Source: Owenia fusiformis (lineage: Eukaryota). Taken from it: 64,000 nt of DNA. Both the position numbers and the translations under genes were made by a program. A model generated the notes under the pieces. The model worked only from the letters and a program-made list of their open reading frames with translations. It searched no databases and had not been told where the DNA came from. Every line of letters starts with the position of its first letter. Position 1 is the first letter of the stretch. The stretch is from positions 25,420,001 through 25,484,000 of the forward strand of contig CAIIXF020000001.1 of the NCBI GenBank assembly GCA_903813345.2. The letters are read 5' to 3'. Below, piece after piece: positions 1 through 15,300 of the stretch.

Positions 1-272
1 AATTTTATGCAAAAACTGTTTAAACATTTTTTTATTGCTGTTTTTGTAAACATTTTTGTTTTTATTAGTGCAATTGTTTTTCGTTCCCTTCTACCAACAT
101 TTCCATCACAAGTTTAAATAGTGCATACTAGCATGCACCTGTATAAAGCACAAGTAGTAGGAGATATCAGTGACATGACCCAAAAAGTGACGACCATATC
201 ATTATCTTTCCAAGAAGTAAACATTTTATGACTCAATAGGGCTGTGGGTAAAGTAGAATTAAAGTAGAGTAC

Positions 273-383
273 CTTGATCACAGTTAGTCCCAGACCAGGT
301 ACTTGGGCAATTGCAAGTGTATTGATTTACGCCGTCAATGCAGTCTCCAGTACCACAGGGGTTTGGGGCGCAATCATCTATGT
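273..383 (-). CDS. EGF-like (cbEGF-type) exon A
   Basis: 111 bp, cag|...|gtact, phase 1-1; [36 protein letters not shown]. Confidence 0.92.
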
Positions 384-3300
384 CTGCAAAAATAATGAGC
401 ATAGTCACATCATAATGGTGTTAAATAATTTCAATTGATCAAACTGAATGGTAGGCAGGGGAGGAATTAGACTCTTTTCCTTTTCACATTTGATTGAGAT
501 CTGGAATAATTTCCTTCGTGTGCTCTTAGATGATTTCCTTTTCATGCTGTATTCTGTAACCATTTTGGTATTTTCCCGTTGGCACTTGCGCTTGCATAAA
601 GTAGTTAAGTACTTGGGCTATGGCGTTAATGGTTGAGAAATAAGCGTCCGAACCAGCCATAGTTTTTGACCATAGTGATTTATTGTGTTTTATGCATTAT
701 GGCGACGCCTTTTAGACTGGATGTTGACAATTTGAATTAAGTTTGGACTTCGAGACTGGATTTTGTCTATCCCACATCATTTGAGACTGAATGTTCTAGT
801 ATCTTTTATGAGTACTTAAATAATATCTAGTAATATATGCAACTATTTTAGATGTTATGAGTATTGGCTACCTATTTTAATTTTTCCTTCAACATGTATT
901 TTAATGACTTCAGTATGAGTGAAATGTTCTTTGGTGTTCTGGTCCTGGATTGGGGTTTTGGCTCTCGATTGAAGAGGGAAGGGGGTGTTAGAGATTATTT
1001 ACCTTCACGTTGGATCATGGTTTTGAAATATATAGGGTCTATTTTTGTATGACAGGTCTATACTTAGAGTTTGGTTTTCTTGCTAGGTTCCTTTACTGGT
1101 TTTGTTCCTCCCCTTTTGTACTTGTACTAAGACATTTATGAACTGCGAATGGAGTACGATTTTCTAGATTTCAGTGTGTGGTTTTAGTGAAGAGATTGTT
1201 GTATGTAATGTATAAACAAGACATGCGTTAAAAGATTTCAAAGAAATCAAAAGATTTCAAATGATCTCTATAATGGATTAACGTTGAAACAATTCTCTTA
1301 CTTATTTGACAATTGTCTCCGTTGAATCCTGTTGCACAAGTACACGTATACTCGTTAAGTCCATCGACGCAAGTTCCACCGTTAAGGCAAGGCTGAATCG
1401 CACAATCATTCAGATCTATAAGAAAATTGAATACATTTCTTTGGAAAAAGGAAACGGACGTTCTTATATGTTTATACTTATATTTCAACGTAGAGTATAC
1501 CTGATTAATCTTCTACAAGCAATATGCTGTACAATCTTGATTCATGACAGTAATGACAAATATGCACATAAGTAATGACATATAAGTAATGACAAGTATG
1601 TAAATATACATATTTACAACTATTAACTAGCTTTATTTGTATTAAAACGTGTTAAAAGTTGACCTTTTCGACTCAGGTTAACTAAACTGCATGAGAGACA
1701 AATGCTAGATTCAGACTGATCAGTTACTACTTAACTAAGTATACGCACGATGTAATCGAAGGTTTAGTGATTTAAAAAGTAACTTCAATCAAAAACATGT
1801 AAGATAATAAAATGTATTGGAACATCCATATTCCCAACCGGTATTTAGTACATGTTTGCTATTAGAATATATCTATATGTCAACGTATCCAAAGACATCC
1901 TTGCGATGTAAAGTACATACCTATATCACAAACTGCCCCCATGAGACCTGGTTGACAGATACACTGGAATGCGTCCACAAGATCCACACATGTTCCATCA
2001 TTTTGACAGGGGTCACTTAGACACTCGTCGATTTCTTGAATGAAATTAATATATCAATACCACAATACCGAAAACTTACCAAATTGCATCGAGATTGGAA
2101 TTCAGGGTTTTTATATTATCGATACGGTGACCTGAATTCAACATTGTCTTTCGATTAAACCAATTATTGAAAATATTCTGTAAAAAAACTGTCATTGATT
2201 GACAACAATTTTATGCAAAAACTGTTTAAACATTTTTTTATTGCTGTTTTTGTAAACATTTTTGTTTTTATTAGTGCAATTGTTTTTCGTTCCCTTCTAC
2301 CAACATTTCCATCACAAGTTTAAATAGTGCATACTAGCATGCACCTGTATAAAGCACAAGTAGTAGGAGATATCAGTGACATGACCCAAAAAGTGACGAC
2401 CATATCATTATCTTTCCAAGAAGTAAACATTTTATGACTCAATAGGGCTGTGGGTAAAGTAGAATTAAAGTAGAGTACCTTGATCACAGTTAGTCCCAGA
2501 CCAGGTACTTGGGCAATTGCAAGTGTATTGATTTACGCCGTCAATGCAGTCTCCAGTACCACAGGGGTTTGGGGCGCAATCATCTATGTCTGCAAAAATA
2601 ATGAGCATAGTCACATCATAATGGTGTTAAATAATTTCAATTGATCAAACTGAATGGTAGGCAGGGGAGGAATTAGACTCTTTTCCTTTTCACATTTGAT
2701 TGAGATCTGGAATAATTTCCTTCGTGTGCTCTTAGATGATTTCCTTTTCATGCTGTATTCTGTAACCATTTTGGTATTTTCCCGTTGGCACTTGCGCTTG
2801 CATAAAGTAGTTAAGTACTTGGGCTATGGCGTTAATGGTTGAGAAATAAGCGTCCGAACCAGCCATAGTTTTTGACCATAGTGATTTATTGTGTTTTATG
2901 CATTATGGCGACGCCTTTTAGACTGGATGTTGACAATTTGAATTAAGTTTGGACTTCGAGACTGGATTTTGTCTATCCCACATCATTTGAGACTGAATGT
3001 TCTAGTATCTTTTATGAGTACTTAAATAATATCTAGTAATATATGCAACTATTTTAGATGTTATGAGTATTGGCTACCTATTTTAATTTTTCCTTCAACA
3101 TGTATTTTAATGACTTCAGTATGAGTGAAATGTTCTTTGGTGTTCTGGTCCTGGATTGGGGTTTTGGCTCTCGATTGAAGAGGGAAGGGGGTGTTAGAGA
3201 TTATTTACCTTCACGTTGGATCATGGTTTTGAAATATATAGGGTCTATTTTTGTATGACAGGTCTATACTTAGAGTTTGGTTTTCTTGCTAGGTTCCTTT

Positions 3301-6300
3301 ACTGGTTTTGTTCCTCCCCTTTTGTACTTGTACTAAGACATTTATGAACTGCGAATGGAGTACGATTTTCTAGATTTCAGTGTGTGGTTTTAGTGAAGAG
3401 ATTGTTGTATGTAATGTATAAACAAGACATGCGTTAAAAGATTTCAAAGAAATCAAAAGATTTCAAATGATCTCTATAATGGATTAACGTTGAAACAATT
3501 CTCTTACTTATTTGACAATTGTCTCCGTTGAATCCTGTTGCACAAGTACACGTATACTCGTTAAGTCCATCGACGCAAGTTCCACCGTTAAGGCAAGGCT
3601 GAATCGCACAATCATTCAGATCTATAAGAAAATTGAATACATTTCTTTGGAAAAAGGAAACGGACGTTCTTATATGTTTATACTTATATTTCAACGTAGA
3701 GTATACCTGATTAATCTTCTACAAGCAATATGCTGTACAATCTTGATTCATGACAGTAATGACAAATATGCACATAAGTAATGACATATAAGTAATGACA
3801 AGTATGTAAATATACATATTTACAACTATTAACTAGCTTTATTTGTATTAAAACGTGTTAAAAGTTGACCTTTTCGACTCAGGTTAACTAAACTGCATGA
3901 GAGACAAATGCTAGATTCAGACTGATCAGTTACTACTTAACTAAGTATACGCACGATGTAATCGAAGGTTTAGTGATTTAAAAAGTAACTTCAATCAAAA
4001 ACATGTAAGATAATAAAATGTATTGGAACATCCATATTCCCAACCGGTATTTAGTACATGTTTGCTATTAGAATATATCTATATGTCAACGTATCCAAAG
4101 ACATCCTTGCGATGTAAAGTACATACCTATATCACAAACTGCCCCCATGAGACCTGGTTGACAGATACACTGGAATGCGTCCACAAGATCCACACATGTT
4201 CCATCATTTTGACAGGGGTCACTTAGACACTCGTCGATTTCTTGAATGAAATTAATATATCAATACCAATCCCTTTCAAAAAGCAGTCTACTACACTGAA
4301 TACATTCGGCCTGTGTAAGATAGGAACGATGTAACATTTCAAGTTATGTTTCATACGTATGCAAATTGGTAAGTATGTGGAAGCCCAACTGTTCTGGGCT
4401 ACCCAAGTGTTCCGACTCATACCAAACTATTCTGACAGCGCAAGTGTTCCGAATTCGATTATTCCATAAGATCTGGAAATTCAAAATAGAGGGTGACAAT
4501 AATATCTTTCTGGGAAATGAATGTTTCTCTAAAATGTTGGCCCTCTTTTGAAAATTTAGACCCAATTTTCGGAAATGTTGACACATACTCTAAAATGGGC
4601 CAAGTCAGAATACTTCGGCAAGCGTCGGAATACTTGGGTAGCCCAGAACACTTGAAGCTCCACATACGTGCGAACGCAAATTGCTTCCTTTGTTTTTTAA
4701 CTATGAATTAAAGAATTTTTATTGTGAATTTCATTTTAAGTGGAATGAAAATCATATGGTTATTGACTTTGTTCAACTTATAATTCTTATAATTCCAATG
4801 CCTATTGTTCTCTTACAATGCTGATTTGAAAATTCTTATATTTTACAAAGTGTTCATTGATGATCATCACCCTGAGATTAACAGACTTTTAAGAGAAGTT
4901 GTACATTGTAATGGGCGCTTTCTATCCTGCATGGTACAATAGTAAATAGTGTGTATGATACAATACCTACTTAATTTTGTAATTGTTGCTATGTCAAAGA
5001 TTATAATTACATACCTTCACATTCTAGAGGTGTTCCATCAGATGGTGACCATGAACTGCCACTGCATGTGTATTCAGTAGTTCCGCTTAAATATGTGTAT
5101 CCTGATTTACAGGAATATGTAACAACAGATCCCTCTAGAAACTCGCCAGCACGTGTTACATTCTCAGTAAGCTCAATCGTAGGAGACCCACATCCAATTC
5201 CTGTGAATATGTTAAAATATGTTAAAATTCTCAAGATTTTCCCTGGATAAATAACCCTCGTGCGGAAAAAATGAAAAAAAATTGGAAAAGTTCTCTCAAA
5301 TATAAAACTTATGGAAGATTTTAACTTACTCTTCCTGCAGTAGGCGATGTTAACATTATTGTTATCAGACGAAGGCCATATGAACTTTGTGTCTGATTTA
5401 AGTCCAGAGTCTTGTAAGGACGTCCAGTATTGGTCCCTGGTGCAGATCTCAGCCGCATTCGCCCAACCACTGAATGAATAACACGATCTCGTTGACTTAA
5501 CAGTGCACACATACCAGTAGTTATTAGAATAACAATGTGAATTGTGTAGATTTTGGGAATTTTGAGGAAACTCCCATTGCGTATTTATTAAGAAAATAAG
5601 CGTTTATTTGTGGGTTTCTGGTTACGTTTTGAGAGATCTTGAATTGATGAATTATAGAGTTACAGTGCGATCTTGTGCGCCAGGTGGGATTTTCTAGAGC
5701 AGAGTTCACTTGCAATTGGCAGAGACCTCCTAGAGTCGAGACAGTCTTCCTTGAGAGAGAAGGGCGACCTTTTAAAAGTGGCAGAGAGACATCCTTGAGA
5801 GGAAACAGTCCTCCTAAGCCCTCCTTGAGTAGAGAAGTTACCCAGAGTGAGAGTCTGGAAGCCGGAGTATTAGAGTCCGGAGAACTATCCAGATGGGGCA
5901 AGAGTCCAGAGGAGAAAGAAAAAAGATATACCCGGAGTGAGAATCCAGAGGAGAAGTGGAGGACAAGTTACCTGAAATGAGAGTGCCTGGAGAAGTGGAG
6001 AGAAGATAGTCGGAGTATATACATACCTGTATCAAATTGTCTCAGTTACACCAGGTTATAGCGTTAGAGAGGGACATTATGTTTCAAATGTCAAGAAGTC
6101 TTAAAATCGCCAGGAAATTTCATATTTCATACAGGCTCAAAACTGTATGTATGTAAGGTTATTTCATTTTATACCATATTGGCAATACAATAACGCTAAG
6201 CTGATTTACCTGTCATCAAAATCAGGAAGGTACCAGTCAGTCTCAAGATTCTGAGAGCACTTCCAACTGCTGTCTGAACCGATAAGCTGGCTAGCCTGCA

Positions 6301-9300
6301 CGGCAAGCGCTCCTGGACCACCAGTATCTATGCCTAAAATGAAGAATGTAAAAAGTGTAAGTGTCGGTAAAACACATTGTATAGGCTAATATCAAAGGAT
6401 ATTTTCTCATTATTAACAAATATTATAAGTAAGTATCTTCTTTTCAACATGGTGACCATTATATATCCGACTCGACCATCATTCATTAACTGTGAATATT
6501 AGTCTCGTACTACGTTCTATATTCAGATATTTTCAAAAACGAAATGAAACAGAATAATGCCATTTACTTTTTAGCCTACATACAATTATTGTTTTTATAA
6601 ATTTAATCATTGTTAATTCATTTTCAAAGTTGTTATTAGTACATACATTTATAAAAAACTATAAATTTCATCTCCCTTTTCCTAGGCAATAGGCACCACT
6701 CTTTTTTGACGTATTAATTGGTATATAAGTACACACTTAAAATAATGTGCAAATATTTTCACCCTAACAAACGGTCTTGTCATACAATAAAGTTTTACAT
6801 ATTTATTTTGTAATATAAAAAAGTGAATGAATAAATAACACATCGTGACGACTCATTTGTTCTGAATTCAGTTTGGTGAGTTCATCTAATTGCAACATTG
6901 GCCTTAGGTCTTCTACTTACAAACGATTGCAATAACTTTCGTATAGCCTTCGAGAAGCTTCACATAAACACGCTTCCAATCCAATCCACTTCCTAAATCT
7001 GCGCCATCTGCGTAAAACCTGTGTTCGTCATCGCATACTAGGTATACATTCAAGCCTTCCTCTGTATAACAAATAAAACCCCTTTGTAGCATTTATCTAG
7101 TATTTAACTTTATTTTCATCAATTTATGATATATTTACCTGCTAAGAATCAGTATTTAAAAAATCTTCCAGTATAGAGAATAATAAAGAATGAACTAGAT
7201 ATCGGCAACTCCACGGAGTAGCAAATCCCAAAGAACACCTGTATATTAATGGATCTGTATATGTCGCAAATTTAATATTTACTAATCTCCACACTTGATC
7301 AAATTGGAAGATACTAAAACTTAGATCTTGGCAAAGAATTCCCACATTTTTAAAACCATCTTGAAAAACAAATTTTTTGGCTGAATTCTAATTACAGCTT
7401 CACTCCTCAGAACGAGCCCAAGATACATCCATTTATTCAATGATGGTGAAATTCCCTGCAATCTGATTGGTCCATGTGACTTACATATTCTGTATTTATG
7501 CACTTTCCACTTAGCGCTAGATGCTGAGTGAAAATGACATCAGCGAGTCGGGATACGGTCCAGTATCCCAACGCCCCAGATTTCAATCCATGATATCTGA
7601 TGGCAAGGAATATTTCAACATCATGGAATAAGTCTTCTTATACGGTCGTGTAATATATAGATCAATGAGAGTGTGGGGAATATGACATTGCTATAATAAC
7701 ATTTTGTTTTTACATGCTAGAATGTTATAAGGAAAAAGAGAAGCATGACTTGTTCTGACTCGTAACTATTTAATGTATAATCAAGACGATCAAAAGAACT
7801 TTTATCTATGAGTAAAATGTGTACTTGTTTCGCAAAATATGCCACCAAACCCGGGAGGACAGCTGCACGTCAGGTAGCCTTGTAGGTTGTGACAGGTGCC
7901 TCCATTCTGGCAAGGGTTACTCAAACATTCATCTCGGTCTAGAAAAAAGAATATTTAAAAATTGGTGGTTGTGCGAGAACAAATCTCAAACACCCTAAAT
8001 TCGATGTCAAAGTCACTCTCTTCGAATCTGGATACTATACATACCTATGGGTTGTTTACACATTGTGCTATAAGACGTTCCCGTCTCACAGTCCATATCT
8101 TCCCATTTGTAATCATTGTCTTTTTTGAATATACCACATTGTTTATCCGGGCTACTAGGCTGGCCGACAGCCCAATCGGTAAATGTAACATGTTCCTGAG
8201 AGAACCAATAGCGATACTCATTCACATCAGAGAGGTATTGATCCGTACCTGTAAAGATCAAATATTATTATCAAATATCGAATGATTTATTGGATCATTC
8301 TCGGAAATCTGCCTGTCGATTTCGATTCTGAACCACATAGTTTCAGAAAACTGACATATTACTCTAAGCTCGACAGTTATGTTTTGTAACTCTGGTACGT
8401 TTAAAATCGAATCAACAATGCCCTTTCTAGTTTGCCATTAATATACAAGGTGCCCCGAAACAATTACACCAAAAAAAAAAACGAAATTACTTTGTGAGTG
8501 GTGAAGGAATATTCTTGAAAAGCCATCTGACAGACAATTTTTTAATGATGATGATTTTTTTTATTTTGAATTCGATGACGGGAAATAGTCATTCCCATCT
8601 CACTTGGGTACAATTTAATAAACGCGAATTAGCAAACGTGCGTTTCAAAAACATACACATACTACTGGGGTCTACATTGCTAATGAAATCCTGTTGTATG
8701 TTGAGCTTTGAAATGTTGAACTTTGAAACCACACTGGAATAGCCTGACAACGGTAAAGTCAGATAACGTTGTCACATATGGCGGACATAACTGTCGCCTC
8801 AATTAGATTTGCATGACCTGTACAGTATGTTTAATAGAGCACCTAGACTAAATTACCTTTGAACAACACTCCATCAAAGTTTCTTTATACTCATTATACA
8901 GTTAATAATGTTCTACAATCGAAATAAAGTCTTTAATTTAACCAATCAAAATGAGATACGGGACAACGGACACTGTATAACCATATATGCAGTTGTCAAA
9001 TTCAAATTCCGTTGTCACTGGCGATATCGAAGATGCTATATTGTTGCGATTCACGACCAAATGTGATCGAAATTGGAATTTCATATTATAATACATCATC
9101 ACAAGAGCTTAATACATGCACAGAATTAGCGACGATAAAATCCCATGAAATGAGGACCAAGCGATTAAACATTTGAAGCGACGGTTATGTCCGCCATTTA
9201 TGAAAACGGTATCTGACTTAACCGTTGTCAGGCTATTCCGGTGTGTGAGATGTCATTTCAAACATTTTTGAAAAGGGCATCAGGACTAATAAAATCCTAT

Positions 9301-12300
9301 TATATGCGAATTTCTAAAAACTGATATCGCATTATTTGATTTATGCAATTTCTCGCTATACTTTTTTATTGGGTTAACTCTGATGAGGTCAGGTTGATGT
9401 TTGTCATGATAAGGTACATTTTGTAGAGACGCTTTTAGACGAGGAAGGCACGTGTTGTGTGTATTATTGATTAAGTTTTAACATAGATAACTCTCTGACA
9501 ACTCTTTTTTCAAATCCTGATTGAAACCAATTAGATTATTTGGATTTCTCTGTATTTTTGTCACTCACCCATCCACCAGTCTCCTTGGTTCAGAGCTGTG
9601 AAGTAGTGTTTCAGCCACGTCCAGTCCGCGCTATCCATAACATCGACTATCGAAGCAGTATATGAATCGGTGCAATGCTTTTTGCCAGGTATAAGCGTTT
9701 TCTTTCCAACCGGAATGTAGCAATAGTTGTGTTTTTGCTTACCCGATTGTGGACAATTGTCATATACGTCTGAAATGCATTAATCAAAAAATCAAATTGT
9801 TCGGAGAGTACACAGGTAGTAGCCAAGTAGTCGGACAAGGCCAGGCACGAGGCAGGTGGGGCACCAAGTCACTTTTAGATGAATGTATTTAGACGCTCTT
9901 TCAACTAAAAGTGTTAAAATGAAACTCGAAAGTTATATACATCATTTGAAAAAAATTAACCCCGCCAGTTAAGATTTGCCTCCCCATTTTTTATCTTGGC
10001 TACGCCGGTGCAATTAGGTACCCCCCCCCCTATGGCTCTCTATTACATCCTCCATAAAGTTCCCTAAAAGTCGATCTACTACTGCGGTTGTTTAACCAAA
10101 AAGCGAATACCTGGACAGAACTTTATGTAGTACTTGGCACCGTTATATGTGCTGGTTGGCTCTTTTATAAAATCATACATGTAACAAGTTGTTTGATGAT
10201 TTTGTCTTCCCCACAATGCAGCCTGGCAAACATCGTCATTCTCACAAGCCTCAAAACAGGACTCGTCATTTGTGGCATCAGCAGCAGTAGCATAGTAGGA
10301 ACTGTCATAGTAAAACTTATTATTATCGGTAACACAGCCTGTAATAGGAAAAAATAGTATTGTACATAAATAGTACATTTTATGAATATACCAGGTCGTT
10401 CAATAAGGTATGTAATTCAATTTCAATTTCAATTTAAGTCATTTATTTCATGATTCTTATATAATATACACTATAAAAACATTCTGCTAGACACCCGACC
10501 CTAGTGGGTATATGTTGCGGTTTTACAGAAATTTTTAGAATGACATCTAGACTATATAATATAAAAGGAAGAACTTATATTATGTTACATGTAGGTATAT
10601 AAAAATTGTATTTACAATTAATGTACAATGTAGAAATGTTACCAAAAAATCAGCTGCCAGTATAAAACCAACAATACAGCATTTCAAACATTTTTGAAAA
10701 AAATGTTGGTGGGGTGTTTGCACTTTCCCTGTCTCAAAGTCCAAATTGTTTTATCATCTTTATGAGTGCTTGTCCTGGGGTAAATGGATTGGCCTAATAT
10801 ACAGATTGGGCCAAAATAATTGCGTACACAACTGATATTGCTCTCCCGTGCTTATATGATGAAACAGACAGATACTAATATTTCCACACAAGCAAGTTCA
10901 GGAAATTATTTATCCGAAGTAAAAAGGTTAACCCCTGTTTTTATTATTTTTGGTAATAAACTATTAAGGCGTACATAGGGGTGGAACACGTCATGAACGA
11001 AATGTTGAACAATTGATATTGGAATTTAAATAGGAATATTGCCAGACTATTGCAGTTAAGAACATTGACAATCACCTAATTGTATCTTTAATGATGTCTG
11101 ATCAAGTAAACAGAAGAAGGCCTAGCACTACTACTGGTGATAAACTGCTGATTGAAGCCATATTTCATGAAAAAAATAGTGCAAGTGGGATCTGTTCGAT
11201 GTTTCCCAAAAAGAATTGACATGAGAGCACTGGCCATCCCCGAAAACGCTTCACACAAAAAGTCATGGCATCAGTAGCCTTTTCTAAAAAGGGGAAAACT
11301 GACGTGTACAGATAAGGCGCATATCCAGAAACTTTTTTTAACAGGATTGAGCACCATCACATCGAGCGAAATCAACAATTGACTACCTTATTAAACAGAA
11401 AACCTGCTTTTATTCCACCTGATATGTGACCCCCAAACAGTCCGGATACTGCCCCAGTTGACTACTGTGCTTAGGGTTGCCTTGAAAACAATGCACCCTA
11501 CACCTAGGCACCCGAGATCAATTAGAATGGAATGCACTCAGTGAAAAGACGTTGAATAAAGCAATTGATCAATGGTGAATGCGGGCAAGGCTCGTTGTCC
11601 AGGAGAAGGGGGTCCTAATGAAAACGACCTCATATTACTATTAGATAACTGTGGCAATAATACATGAAACTGAAAGATAACTGTTGGAACTTTACTTGCG
11701 CCAAGTTACAAATAAATCCGTGGCATCATATGGAGTTGAGATCAATTTATATTGTGTACACATTTTTGGCCCACCCTGTATACACCTATGGAAATCCATA
11801 GAAGGAAGATTTACTTACTTTGGGGTCCGACGGGAACTGAAAAGAAAAGAAATCATTGTTTTAAATTTACAAGTATTTAATGAGCAATTTGATATCTTCA
11901 GCCAACTATTAATAGTAAATAAAGTTTTAATTTCGAAGAGAAAACTAAATGAAACGCTCACCTGTATTTATACCACACGATTTCCCGAGATCAGCTAGAT
12001 TTTCGGTACATGGATTCGAATAACCAGTTTCAAATGCTTTGGGAACACCAGTTCCAGATGCACATGATAACCGCAAGGCTTCGAGATCGCCATCATTGTT
12101 GATAGCACATTGGAAGAAGAAACAGTTATCCGTTCTATCGGCAAGAATTTCATTTTCCGCTGAGCATTCTACAATTGAGTATATTTCAATTTTACATTGG
12201 ATAAGTGAAGATCGATCAGAGGTGAAAGTTTTGTGAATATTTGCTTTTGTATACGTTGCCATTTTTCGTCTATTATATTGCTCAAACTGGAATGATAACA

Positions 12301-15300
12301 TTTTAAGAATCAGCCAAAGAAATTCAGATAAATGTCAGATTTACCTGCAAGTCGTGACCATTTAAAAAGAGAATGAACCGTTTAGTCCCTTTTTGAAAAC
12401 CCCAAAACGTAAAAACAGCAGTGAATTTCATGAATTTCAACCGTCAATGTTTTATTATCATATTAGATTTACAATATTTATACAAAGTATATGAATATTT
12501 CATCAAACCAGATAAAGGTAAAATCATTTTATCAATACATATTCATGTTAATGTCTAGTAAAATTGTGTTTCTTCTTATCGTATAGAATTTTCTATGTAG
12601 CTTCTAACTAGACTTACAAATAAACTATTCTCAGATAGAAATTTCTATACAAAATATTCCATTGTCTTTCCGTATAGAAATTTCTATGCAGATGACTCTG
12701 GAAATATCAATTTTTGTCATTTTAATTAGTTATCGGTATAGAAATTTCTATGTGAAGGCCGTCGGAAAATAATAATTATGTTACTGGTAAAACATTTCTC
12801 CTCGTATAGAAATTTCTATACTGATAAAGTCAAAAATAAAAATTGAAACGCTTCATAGAAATTTCTATATATATGGGTGCATATTTAAATTATGTTTGCT
12901 GGTATAGAAATTTCTATAAGGATAGAGTAGAAAAATAAAAATCGAATCGCTGTATAGAAATTTCTATGTGGCCCAGAAAAATTATTTTCCTAGATTGCCT
13001 GCTGTATAGAAATTTCTATATGGTCAAAAATATAAATTGAATGCCTATATAGAGATTTCTATGCGGGTGTAGTCGAAAACCTTTGGTGCTCAAAAATTAA
13101 GTTTGTCCGTATAGAAATTGCTATATGGATAAATTCAAAAAATTAAAATCGAATAATTATATAAAGAATGTTTGTAATTAGTCTTAAATTTTCGGCCTAT
13201 TGTAATACTATTTGAAATAGTATATTAGAAAATATTTGGAGGTATAGCCAATGCAGTCAAATTACATCACAGCCAGAAAAATTATTGATTTACATGGTTT
13301 TTTGTCGCTGAAAGTTATGAAAATTAAAAATAAAACATTGAGTGGCTCTGGCACATGGGGAAAAGGTTTAAGGATTTAAGCCCTTGACTGAGTGCAATGT
13401 GGAATGATCATTCTTTGAAGATGTTGGTTATTACAAAATGCATTGAGTCTCGGGCTTAAATTCTTTTCACACATTGCAAAATATTTTTACCATGTCACCT
13501 AAAAGATACGAAATCACTAAAATGACATATATTAAATGAAACTTTTTGCAAGGGTCAAGTTGGCAAACCACCAATTTTTATCTGTTGAGTGAACTTGTCA
13601 CCTTTGCAACCACCTAAGGAATGACCTTGGATGCGTTATTGGTTATTTCACGCACAATGCGTTAAGTGAAATACTGTGTTCGGATTGGCTGAAATCGGAC
13701 ACACCTTGTCTAGCTATGTGTGAATTCCAAACTAATGGAGGGTAGTGTAGGCATAGTGTAATTTGACAAACTTAGTCTAGCCAATCAAAACACAGTATTT
13801 CATATAACTGCATTACATTCTATAACCAACAACTCTCCAGATCATCCTGTCATTTCGTACAACAATGCAAACGTAATGATAAAATCAACTTGATTCTAAT
13901 TACATTTCAAAAGTTTGCCAGAGACTATACTCATTAATGTTGAGAGATAATATGGGTCACATTTGCTTCGATTTCCATTACTATACGATGAGTATGTTGA
14001 TCTTATGGGACAACTCGCGTATACTGAACATGTAGATATAAACTTTCCACAATCGCCATATATCAGCATATGATCTGAACAATTACAGGTACCGTAGTCT
14101 GGTATAAGTGTAATCATTTTTTAACAAACTACTCAATCGGCCGGGCGCGGGGACGAGCTTCCTCGTCAAATTCCTATCCCTTTGGGCAATATAGTGTATC
14201 AAATTCATTTACAAACATTTCAAGTTGTTATCGTACCGCAATAAAACAATCAAGATCATTTTTAATTTACATATTGTGGTTAAAAGCAAATATGGCCTTA
14301 CTTCCCGTACTCAATCTACACCTGATTCTAATTTAAATGTTGCGAGATGACTTGCATGGCCTACACGCTCTATTTTAGTTTTACTATTGCCATTAGAGAT
14401 GTCATGATCTTACTTTTAGATTTTAGTTTACTTTTTGAGCTTTTATATCATCCATTTTCTCGTCCTTCGAACGTCGTCCAAAATAGTTCTCTGTATATCA
14501 TTTTAAGATGTTAGAGCAAACATTTCAGGACTTATGGGACAACCCTCGTATTCTGTACATGTAGATATAAACGTTCCACAATCGCCCATCATGATGATAA
14601 ACCATGGCATCTCATTTCTTCTCAGCCCTGAGAAAGGTGAAACCGAAAGATGCTATGAGTATCAGAATGCAATCGCCATATGATCTGAACAATTCCAGGT
14701 ACCGTAGTCTGTTATAAGTGTTAGAAGGAAGTTTTCATTTTCCTCTGTTGTGTCATATTCCTCGCCCAATAATCAAACAATATATATTTGTCTTCTTGAT
14801 ATGTAATCGAGAGTACCATGTGTGTACCCTCTGGCGTGGTATTTAGATATTCCAAGATGAGCGTTTGTGTTTTCATCGAAGATATCTTTTGACTGAAACA
14901 TTAATGAACGGAAGCTATAAAATAATGTATAAAAAGTTCAGGATTTCCATTGCGAAGACAGAATGATGTACTGTTTCGTTTTAAAATACATTTTTATAAA
15001 ATCTGTTATAAAATACATGTATATCATAACCCAGCTTATTATTGTATAATGTGTTTTTATTAAAAACCTACCTCGTATGCTCATGGTTTGAGTTTACACC
15101 GGTCGACCAGTCAATCCCCCACACAGCAACCGACAATTAACATTATTAATCGCAGTGATATATCTCACCTTTCGTTTCACATTCGCATTTGACTCTAAAT
15201 GACAACTCGTAATGGGCACTGGTATTTTGAATTCTTACGCCATTTTATGCAAATCGCTTATTGTGCAACGATTAAAATGCTTTGATAGTACATTACGTTT

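Larger units (their letters stand above)
1..4268. repeat. 2,206-bp tandem duplication carrying three EGF exons (1-2062 = 2207-4268)
   Basis: Sequence and ORF track repeat at offset 2206 (448/2654, 1228/3434, 1817/4023); identity ends at ...tcaatacca (2062/4268). Confidence 0.97.

Noticed and set aside
448-1052. Short plus-strand ORFs here and similar 60-100-aa ORFs elsewhere in introns
   Set aside because: No recognisable motifs; they are intronic or antisense to real exons.
2080-2177. 98-bp segment with strong cag| and |gtaagt sites in the duplication junction
   Set aside because: In the required phase 1 it reads EYFQ* and its length breaks frame. There is no evidence it is used, though a poison exon cannot be excluded.
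12582-13126. Regularly spaced palindromic repeats with unique spacers, superficially CRISPR-like
   Set aside because: The repeat is only 14-16 bp, spacing is irregular, the array is mirrored at 20007-20535 as part of TIRs, the context is eukaryotic, and no cas genes are present.
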